64,000 nucleotides of DNA, taken from NCBI RefSeq assembly GCF_964213995.1, contig NC_135817.1, positions 59,396,001 through 59,460,000 of the forward strand. The letters run 5' to 3'. Of the stretch, positions 50,838 through 61,032 are shown in pieces; the stretch's first letter is position 1, and each line of letters opens with the position of its first letter. Below the pieces are notes generated by a model. It did no database searches. It worked only from the letters and a program-made list of their open reading frames with translations, and was not told where the DNA came from. Position numbers and translations under genes: made by a program. The stretch is from Mustelus asterias (Eukaryota).

Positions 50838-53800
50838 ATGGAGCAACTCCTGAAACCTGACAAATTGGATTTGGATCCGCAGGCAGTTGGCGCCTCTGAC
50901 TCTTTTGATCACTGGCTGCGCTGTTTTGAGACCCTCCTCCTCCATCGTCGTAACAGACATCGACAAACTACATGTGCTCCACGTCCGCGTCAGCGCTCAC
51001 GTCTTCGCGCTGATCCGAGACGCAGAGACTTACCAGGAGGAAATCGATCTCCTCAAGAGCCAGTACAACCGGCAGCCGAACAAGATCTACTCCAGTCACC
51101 TATTGGCCACTCGCAGACAGCAGCCCGGGGAATCGACTGAGCAATTCCTGCGTGCACTCGGCAGAGCCTGCAACTGCAAGGCCATTTCAGCCACCCAGAA
51201 CGCCGACGACCTGATCAGAGATGCCTTTGTCGCGGGCATCAGGTCGACCTATATCTGGCAGCGTCTACTGGAACAAGGTGGGCTGGACCTGAAGAAAACT
51301 GTGGAACTTGCCGGCTCACTGGAGGTAGCATTCCGGAACCTCGAGGCCTACAGCCCCGACCACGAGGGCGCACCGTGGACACCGCGACCGCAGCCATCGC
51401 TGTACCCGGGAGGGCCGCAAACCTACGCCACGCCCCGTCCCGAAGCCGAACTGACCACTGCGGCAATCCCTGGAGGCCCCAGGTGCTACTTCTGCGGCCT
51501 GGAGAAGCACCCACGACGACACTGCCCGGCGAAAGATGCGATCTGCTCTGGCTGCGGTAAGAAGGGTCATTACCTGAATGTTTGCAGGACAAAATCGGCT
51601 CCCAGGCCCAGCAGCACCGCATGCGATCCGCAGGAGGGACTGCCTTCGACGCCATCGACCGGGTGCGATCCGCGGGTGCTGCCATCTTGGACACCATCAG
51701 CCACGTGTGACCCACGGGAGCCGCCATCTTGGGTGACGCCAGCCGAGTCATGGGGGCAGCCATTTTGGGAACCGTCCACCGCATCGCCTAATCCGACAGT
51801 GGCCTCGGTTGCGTTGGACCAGTCCAGGCCTTACCAGCTCGCCTGGTTGATGATGGACATCAAGGTAAACGGCCACACTACTAACTACTTATTTGACAGT
51901 GGGAGTACGGTGAGTTTCATCCACCCTAACACGGTGAGGCGCTTAGCACTGCCAATGCAGCAATTAATCTCTATGGCTTCGACGTCCCAGTCAGTGAATG
52001 TCCTCTGACTGTACAGGGCACGGTGTACGACAAGTGCAAGCTCCTCGTGCTGCCACAGCTCTGTGCTGCCGTACTACTGGGGCTAGATTTCATGTGCCAC
52101 CTTGGGAGCGTCACTATGGTGTATAATGGGCCTTTCCCCCCAATCTCCGTCCAAATTCCACAGCTAACAGACCAGCCACCATGCACCACCTGTGGTCTCT
52201 CGACCCTCAAAGTCGCCCCTCCCTCGCTCTTTGAACACCTCACCCCCAACTGCAAGCCCATTGTCATGAAAAGCAGACGGTACAGCGCTGGAGATAGAGC
52301 ATTCATCAAGTCCGAGGTGCGACGCCTCCTGGGGGAGGGGATCATTGAGGCCAGTACCAGTCCCTGGAGAGCCCAAGTGGTGGTTGTCAAAACTGGGGAG
52401 AAACTTCGCATGGTCATTGACTACAGTCAGACCATCAACCGATACATGCAGCTGGATGCGTATCCCCTTCTCCGCGTATCTGACATGGTCAATCAGATTG
52501 CACAATATCGGGTGTTCTCCACCATTGATTTGAAGTCTGCATACCACCAGCTCCCTATCCGCCCGGAAGACCGCCAATACACTGCCTTCGAGGCGGATGG
52601 CCGTCTCTACCACTTCCTTCGGCGTCACCAATGGGGTCTCGGTTTTCCAGCGTGAGATGGACCGAATGGTGGACCAGAACGGGTTGCGGGCCACTTTCCC
52701 GTACCTGGATAACGTCACCATCTGCGGCCACGATCAGCAGGACCACGACGCCAACCTCCAAAAATTCCTCCACACTGCGGCACTCCTCAACCTGACCTAC
52801 AATAAGGAGAAGTGTGTATTCCGCACGTGCCGCCTCGCCATTCTTGGTTGTGTTGTGGAGAACGGGGTCATCGGCCCCGACCCCGACCGCATGCATCCCC
52901 TCCTGGAACTTCCCCTCCCCACCACCCTCAAAGCGCTGAGGAGATGCCTAGGCTTCTTCTCATACTACGCCCAGTGGGTCCCCAATTATGCGGACAAAGC
53001 CTGTCCGCTCATCAAATCCACATCTTTTCCCCTAGCGGCGGAGGCCCGGCTGGCCTTTGACCGCATCAAAGTGGATATCGCGAAGGCCACGATGCACGCC
53101 GTGGACGAATCCACCCCATTCCAGGTGGAGAGCGATGCGTCTGATTTTGCCCTAGCCGCCACTCTTAACCAGGCGGGCAGACCCGTGGCCGCCTTCTCGC
53201 TCACCCTCCAGGGCCCTGAAATTCGACACTCCTCTGTCGAAAAAGAGGCACAAGCCATTGTGGAGGCTGTGCGACACTGGCACCACTACTTAGCTGGCAA
53301 ATGGTTCACCCTGCTCACGGACCAACGGTCCGTTGCCTTTATGTTCAGTAACGCACAGCGGGGCAAAATCAAGAACGATAAGATTTTGAGGTGGAGGATC
53401 GAGTTGCCACCTACAATTACGACATTTTAGACCGGCCTGGGAAGCTCAATGAGCCCCCAGACGCCCTGTCCCGGGGGACCTGTGCCAGCGTGAACCTAGA
53501 CTGGTTACAGACCCTCCACGATGACCTCTGCCACCCGGGGGTCACCAGGTTCTTCCATTTCATCAAGGCCCGGAACCTGCCCTATTCCATTGAGGAAGTC
53601 AGGTCTGTAACCAGGCACTGCCAAGTCTGTGCGGAGTGCAAGCCGCACTTCTACCGGCCGGGCAGAGCGCACCTCATCAAAGCCACCCGCCCTTTCGAAC
53701 GCCTGAGCGTTGACTTCAAAGGTCCCCTCCCCTCCTCTGACCGCAACGTATACTTCCTCAACATCGTTGATGAGTATTCGCGGTTCCCCTTTGCTATTCC

Positions 53801-54639
53801 CTGCCCGGATATGACCTCTGCCACGGTCGTCAGGGCCCTGCACAGCCTCTTCACCCTGTTTGGTTTCCCAGCTATATTCATAGCGACCGGGGTTCCTCTT
53901 TTATGAGTGACGAGCTGCGCCAGTACCTACTCTCCAAAGGCATAGCCTCGAGTAGGACCACCAGCTACAACCCCAGGGGGAACGGACAGGTGGAGAGGGA
54001 GAATGCGACAGTCTGGAAGGCCGTTTTATTAGCTCTCCGGTCTAAGGGTCTTCCAGTCTCCTGCTGGCAAGAGGTCCTCCCTGATGCGCTACACTCAATT
54101 AGGTCACTACTGTGCATGGCTGCCAACACCACCCCTCATGAACGAATGTTTGTTTTCCCCAGGAAGTCCTCCTCTGGGACCTCACTACCGTCGTGGCTGA
54201 CGTCCCCTGGTCCTGTCCTGTCCTGTCCTCCGGAAGTATGTGCGCACCCATAAGTCGGACCCCCCTGGTCGAAACGGTCTGGCTCCTCCATGCCAACCCC
54301 CAATACGCCTATGTGGCATATCACGACGGTCAGGAGGACACGGTCTCCATTCGCGATCTGGCCCCCGCAGGTACTACGTCCCATGGCCCCTCACCCCCAG
54401 CTCCCAACGTCGTCCATGATGCACCAGAGTCGCAGCACGCTCATTTAGCCCCCGTGTACGGCACGCCTGAGCCCCAGGAGCAGCCTCCACTCACCCGGCA
54501 GTCTGAAGGCGCTACGGACGGCTTCACCAGTTATGGACTGGCGTCTGACCCATCACCGCGGCCTCCTGAACCGGCACCACAGCTGACATTGCGGCAATCG
54601 CAGCGGCAGATCAAGCCCCCAGAGAGACTGAACTTGTAA
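50838..54639 (+). pseudogene. Gypsy gag-pol, broken into ~7 ORF pieces
   Basis: ATG of MEQLLKPDKLDLDP at 50838. Consecutive domain-bearing ORFs at 50887-52008, 52023-52655, 52597-53430, 53391-53906, 53903-54253 and 54193-54639 lie in shifting frames. Confidence 0.9.
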
Positions 54640-54713
54640 CTTGAATCAATAACCTGTGACTGTCGTTCCACCACCTCGCCCCCGCCGAACTCTTTTTTTA
54701 AACAGGGGGTGAA

Positions 54714-54934
54714 TGTGGTGAACCACGGTAATACTGTCTGTATATGGGATATGCCTGGGCACACCCCTGCTGCCTCAATCCGGGGTCCGTCCTCCTCGGG
54801 GTATAAAGGTGGCTGCTCTCCGCCCCTTTTCCCTCAGTTCGGGTTAGCCATCGGTTTGGGAGTGCTTCTGTTCTTGTTAATAAAAGCCTGTTGTTTCGCA
54901 ACATCTAGTCTTTGCATGAATCAATGGTGCATCA
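54714..54934 (+). repeat. 3' LTR (221 bp)
   Basis: Direct repeat of 50593-50814, preceded by the PPT and followed by the TSD. Confidence 0.95.
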
Positions 54935-56483
54935 CCCTTGGCCTTTTTAATTGCAAAGCTTTATTGAAAATACCAAAGCGTATTTCCTGAAGACATCCTG
55001 TTTGGATGGTTAGTGGTCATCACTTTTTAAATTTTTTTTATCCTAGTTCCTGCTTTGGTCCATACAAACCCATTTATTGCGATGTTGTTTCTATAATCGA
55101 AACAAGGGACTCCATTCAGGTGTGATGTCTCTGGCTCGCAAGTTGATATGTATGTGATAAAGTCCATTTCTTCTTAGCTGTTATCAATGTTTGTTTATAC
55201 AATGGTTGTTGTCTGGGTCCATCTGCTCTGATGGCCTGCCAGTTTCTTCAATTGGATTGCCTGATGGCCACTGTTTTGTGTCTTTAAGATGATAATATCC
55301 CAGTATCTTTACACAGTATCAACTTGGTATTGATATTGACATGCTCTGAAGGTGAACTCCTTCCTGCCTTTGTGGGTTGAGGTTTGGCCTGTTTTGTTTG
55401 CAGTATTTATATCCATTCAGCTTTGGGGTTTTATGTTTAATAAATGTCCAGTTGGAGGTGATTCCAATCATACACACCGGACATCTGATTCATTTTGGAA
55501 TGAAAAACACGGAGAAGCAATATAAAATAAAGGATACAATTGTAAAGGCGTTGCTGGAACAGATGAGGTATGTGTGAACAAGTCATTGAAGGTAGCAGGA
55601 CGGATTGAGAGTGTATTTAATAAAGTATATGGGATCCTGGGCTTTAGAAATAGGGGCATAGAATACAAAAAGTAAGGAAGTTATGATAAACCTGCATAAA
55701 GCACTGGTTCAGCCTCAACTGGACAATTGTGTCCTGTTCTGGGCACCACACTTTAGGAAGGATGTGAAGAAATGTGAAGGGGTGCAGAAAAGATGAGAAT
55801 TGTTCCAAGGCTGAGGAACTTCAGTTATGTGGATAAATTAGAGAAGTTGGGGCTGTTCTCCTTGGAGAAGAGAAAATTTGATAGGGGTGTTTAAAATCAT
55901 GAAGCATCTGGTCAGGATAGATAGTGAGAAACTGTTCCCATTCTGCTCTGACGAAGGGTCATCCAGACTTGAACCGTTAACTCTCTTCTCGCTCCACAGA
56001 TGTTGTCAGACCTGCTGAGTTTCTCCAGCATTTTCTATTACTGTTCCCATTAGTTGAAAGATCACGAACCAGAGGACATAGTTTAAGAGGGTTGATTGCA
56101 AAAGCAACAGAGACACAAGGAAATGTTATTTTCATGTAATGAGTGATTGGAATCTGGAAGGTACTGCTGCGTGCATGGTGGAGCCAGATTCAATCATGGC
56201 TTTCAAACATCTCCACATCATTTCAAACAAGAGTCAGAACATTATCTGAAGAGAAACTTACAGGGAAATGGGACCAGGTTGAGTAACTCTTGCAGACAGC
56301 AGATACAGACATGACCGAATAACCTCCTCCTTTGCTGTAACCATTCTATAATTCTATAACATACCAAAACCATTTATATGGTCATTTTGGTGTGCACAAA
56401 TTCCCACGCTACAAGGGTGACGATTTCAAAAATATGTGTTGGTTGTAAAACACTTTGAGAAGTCTGTTTGTGGAAGGCGCTAC

Positions 56484-56782
56484 AAGGATCCCACACGCCC
56501 TGGACATACTCTCTTCCACCACCTTCTGTTGGGAAGAAGATACAAAAGTTTGAGATCGCGTACCAACCCGCTCAAGAACAGCTTCTTCCCTGTTGTAATC
56601 AGACTTTTGAATGGACCTACCTTATATTAACTAGTTATGACTGTAACACCACATTCTGCACCCTCTTCTTTCCTTTCTCCCCCCCCCCCCCCAATGTACT
56701 CTATGAATGGTACTGCTTTGTATAGTGCGTGAAACAATATTTTTCACTGTGTACCACCAATACGTGACAATAAATCAAATTG
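56484..56782 (+). mobile_element. Rex1/Babar-like LINE 3' fragment next to the MRPS6 promoter
   Basis: KDPTRPGHTLF..GRRYKSL..LKNSFFP peptide; same family tail. Confidence 0.75.
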
Positions 56783-56859
56783 ATCTTTCTTTATCTTAGA
56801 AGAATTACCGTTTAGTTGGGATGCCGGTGTCTGCAGACGTATGCTTCGGCAAGAATCAA

Positions 56860-57200
56860 TTTTAGGAAAGTGGTGGTTGGGGGGGGGGGGGGAAGGAATA
56901 AAACTGAGGGAAGGTGCGTGCGCCTTTAAGAGGGAGCTGGGCGCCTGTCCCTTTAAGCTGTTGGGCCCGGTTGAGTGACAGTGAGTGGATGCGGCTGTTT
57001 CAGAGGCGGGGACAACAGGAGGCCGAATCTACTTATAAAAGAACACGCGGGAGAATCACCGCCGAGCGACTACCACACCATGCCCAGATATGAGCTAGCA
57101 TTGATCCTGAAGGCCATGCAGCGGGTGAGTGTTCACAAAACAAAAACCAAAAAGAGAGAAAGATCAAGCAGTCGCCATCTTCCCGCTTCGTGTTAACCCA
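56860..57200 (+). promoter_or_regulatory. CpG-rich promoter of MRPS6 (expected to be shared with SLC5A3)
   Basis: Local CpG/GC rise, two CCTTTAAG motifs, a GC box (GAGGCGGGG) and TATAAAA near 57034. Confidence 0.7.
57080..57124 (+). CDS. MRPS6: Mitochondrial ribosomal protein S6, first coding exon (MPRYELALILKAMQR)
   Basis: caccATGCCCAGATATGAG...CAGCGG|gtgagt. The peptide matches the vertebrate MRPS6 N-terminus, and ATP5PO synteny agrees. Later exons were not found in the window. Confidence 0.95.
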
Positions 57201-60200
57201 GTGAGCGGCTGGAAAGCCATGTCTTGTCAGCAGGGGAAACCACAGAACCAGCGATCTTCTCCTCTACCTTAACCTGACTTTATTTTTTTTAAGGGGGGGG
57301 GGCTGTTTTTTTCCCCCTTTTTTTGGTGTCAGGATAGTTGGTGCGCTTTGTTCCCCTTTTTGTTTTAACCGGTAAAGTCAGTTGGCCGCTGAGGCCCCAA
57401 GCCGACCTTGGTGCCACAGGGAGTGTGTGTGTGCGCCTCAGCTTAGCTGCTTTCTGGAGGATGGAGAGAGAGAGACAGAGAGTCACTGGGGGAGATTTTA
57501 GATGAAGAAACCGGGGGTGGGCTTCGGTTGGCTGGAGAATAGGGGCTAAGAAATCACAAGGGAAAAATGCTGGAAAATCTCAGCAGGTCTGGCAGCATCT
57601 GTGAGGAGGGAGAGAGAAAAGAGCTGACGTTTCGAATCCAGATGACCATTTTGTCAAAGCTGTTTGCCCTTGCTATTTGCTTTTACTCTATTTGAATAGA
57701 GGCTAAAACTAGCCGTCCAGTCGAGACTGCCCCCTTTTTATTTCCGATCACTGCCCCTGGACTGTGATGCCTCCGTTGTTAGGAAACTGGAGACGCTTGG
57801 ATGAAACAGCACCCCACACCAGAATAATCATCCTCTAATAAAATAAAAGTTTGGTACTGCTCAATACTTTTCTTTAGTTGGCTAAAATGAGACATGTATT
57901 AGTTTCTGCACCCCTGCATCGTATTCAAACGTGAAGCATTTTGTTTGGTTTTAAGCTGAACCAATTCATAGTTTTAATTTAGTTAAATTTTATAAGTTAA
58001 TATTTGTAACTTAAGATTTGCTGAAATAATTCATAGTTTTAATTATTGCCTTGAAATTTATGCTAGCAAGTTAATATTTTTATCTTGCAAACTTGGGATC
58101 TGATCAACTTAAAGGGGAAATCAGCAGGGTAATGGCACTTTTTTCATAGTCTTAACTAATGCAACTATATTATTGTTAGCCATGCAAGTATACAGAGCGT
58201 TAGAAATATTTAGTAATTAAATAAAGGTGTTTGCTGTTTAGAATAATGTGTTAGGTCAACTACATAATCTTGCCTCCACAGCTCGTAAAACTGCCTAAAA
58301 ATCATGCCCTACTCGAATTAAATATTTAATTTACAGTTATCCTATTACTGGGCAGAAGGTAAGTTATCTCGCGATTACCTATGGTAGAACCCAGTTTTAT
58401 GAAAACCTTTCCCATTGTGGCATGACCCAATTCATATGGATCTTGAACAATTGAATATCAATGGAATTTTTAAAAAAACACAAAGATCTTTCAAATTCAG
58501 TTGCAGCAAGAGTTTCAAAACCAACTAGCTGCATTGTAGACATTGATTTGAAGAATTTTAGTCTCTAAACCAAAGCATGTATTGCATGCAACAAATTATG
58601 TTTTGTAACCTGTGACTGAAGTTATTTAATTATTTGTAAAAGTAAAGTAGAACTGCAAAACAAACTTCTAACCTGCAGTGTATAGTAGTAACTAAAATGA
58701 ACTTTGTAATATGAATCGCTGACTTTGATTTTGGACAGTTTAAACAGTAAAAGTTGCATAGATTTGCCAACTTTGTTTCATTGCAATTGTCTTGCATTCA
58801 TTGCCCGGCATGTCAATTGAGCCAGGCATTTTTTTCACTACAAAACTGGGTTCCACTATGTTCACTCACATTTCTCCACCTTCCAAAAGACTTGTCTGGT
58901 TCTAACTTTTGATGAGTTTATGTGAGGTGATAATTTCAGAAAATGTGATGTTTTGACAGCGCTAGAATCAATAGGAATCTACTGTACTTTGCTTGCAATT
59001 TTGGGACAGGTAAGTGCTACATTGAATAGTTTGCAATTTTCGGGAGGGCAGCTCTGATCTTGGCTGTAAATTATTTTAGTTGAACTAAAATATGTCTGGA
59101 ATAGAAAGCGAGTTCATATAGTGTGAAGTTTTGTTTAGATATTTGAAAACTGAAACAATTCATTATCTCAAATTTCACTGTTTGAATTTTAATATACTGC
59201 AATCACTCCAGTCTGAAATTCTTGGGACCGTGTCATTTCTGGATTTCAGAAATTTCTGAATTATAGAACGTTGCTGAAAAGAGAGATTTGTTGCTGAAGC
59301 TGTTCATCTTGCACTCATCAGGGCAATCGAGGAAAAATGCCAAATTTCAAAAGACGATGACAATTTATACGACAGAAGAAAGCGTGCTGATTGGCTGGCA
59401 AGATTATAGCATGACCGAATGCTTGATTGAAAGTGTATGATCTAGAAAATACTCTAGAATTAACTATTTACCCGAAACATAAAGCAGTAATAAAACATTA
59501 TAAAGCAGTAGCAATTGTTTCATTTTGCCCAAAACTGTAACTTCCATGTTCTACTTCCAAAGCACGATACTAGAATTATGGCAGTGATATTGAGGGACTT
59601 TCTGGATAACTAGTATTTCTAGACTGGAGAGGTTGCAGTATATTTTCATAATATTAGTGAAAAAACAGTTTTTTGTGTATCATCAGTTTCCAACTTCTCC
59701 CTGTCTCCACCACAGTTAATATGTATTACCCACGGCCAAGAAATTGCATTTCAAAGACCTATTCCCAAGGCTGAACAAAAATGCTGCTCTTTAACAGAGG
59801 CTGATCTGCACTTCAATTCATTTACTCATCTTTGCACCGTAACCCAACTAAAAAATTGTCAATTCCAACATCCCAGCCTTTTGTGGAGAGCTCCAGATTT
59901 CCTCTACCCTTGTGAAAAAAGTTTTTTCGTGCTCCTGAAGGCCCATTTCTAATTTTAAGTTTGTATCCTTGTTTATGTTTCCTCCATATGCAAATCCTTT
60001 TTACATGTTATACAATATGTTGATTAGATCGTTTTTCAATCTTCAATATCCGGATGAATACGAGCCAAGTTTGGACAACCTGTTCTCATCCTTTATCTCT
60101 ACGCTCCAGTATTAGATGGGAGTCTGAGCAAAGCACTGTACAACTGAACCATAACTTCTCATTGTATTATAACCCTCCTTGGGATAAAGGCCAACATTCT

Positions 60201-60779
60201 GTTCGTCTTTTTGTTACTTTTTCTACCTGTCTACTAGGTTTTAATGGTTCATGGTACTTGGACCCCCAAATCTCTGATCCTCTTTAGTTTCTAGATTTTC
60301 ACCATTTTGTAAAATATTCTGGTTCATCCTCCTTGTGTCCAAAGCCAATGACTTCTCACTTTTTCACACATTGAAATCCATTTGGTATAGTTTAGACCGG
60401 TCACTTGAGATCTTTTGTAACTTGACACTCACATCTGTACTACTTGTTCTCCTGCCTAACAAGGCAAACCTGTAAACATGGATACGTAACTCTCTCCCTT
60501 CATCCACCTCATTAGTAATTTGGTGAAAAGTTGTGCCCAGAACATTTGCCTGGGGAACATCACATGTCATGACCTACTGGAGTTTGTCCCTGAATTCCCA
60601 CACTGTCCCCTCCTGAGTGAAATAAATTGGAGTTTATTTGAAATTAGAATTCGGGAGCAATAATGTCCAGTGCACAGTAACCCTGACAGCCAAGGTTGCA
60701 GTCAGGGTTAGAATTCTTGGAATGGGGTGCAGAGTGTGTATATGGATTTGTCTGGTGCCATAATGCATAAGAATCTGCT

Positions 60780-61032
60780 CAGTGCTTAGTGCTGCTGCCT
60801 CGCAGCTCCAGGGACCTGGGCTCGATTCCTAGCTTGGATCATTGTCTGTGTGGCATCTGCGTGTTCGCCCCGTTGTCTGTGTGGGTTTCCTCCCACAGTC
60901 CGAAAGACGTGCTGGTTAGGTGCATTGGCCATGCTAAATTCCCCCTCAGTGTACTCTAATAGGTGACAGTGTGGCGACTAGGGAATTTTTGCAATAACTT
61001 CAGTGAAGTGTTAATGTAAGCTGACTTGTGAC
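60780..61032 (+). mobile_element. HE1/V-SINE-like element
   Basis: Same family as 21792-22058. Confidence 0.8.

Larger units (their letters stand above)
50593..54934 (+). mobile_element. Full-length Gypsy/Ty3-type LTR retrotransposon, frameshifted
   Basis: TG...CA LTRs; 5-bp TSD CCCTT (50588-50592 and 54935-54939); PPT aaacagggggtgaa (54700-54713). Domain order is Gag with two CCHC knuckles, protease (LFDSGS), RT, RNase H (ESDAS), integrase (HxxLCHPG...CQVC, VDFKGP, GQVER). Confidence 0.96.
50036..55313 (-). mobile_element. Probable older solo LTR split by the Gypsy insertion
   Basis: The flanks join into a ~0.9 kb TGTAA...TTACA segment that itself interrupts a Deu-SINE. No clear TSD. Confidence 0.4.

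Noticed and set aside
51239-54384. Minus-strand ORFs overlapping the Gypsy element
   Set aside because: Antisense shadows of GC-rich gag-pol sequence with no recognisable domains.
56975-57196. 73-aa single-exon ORF
   Set aside because: Only the internal MPRYELALILKAMQR is real (MRPS6 exon 1); the rest is 5'UTR and intron read-through past the GTGAGT donor.
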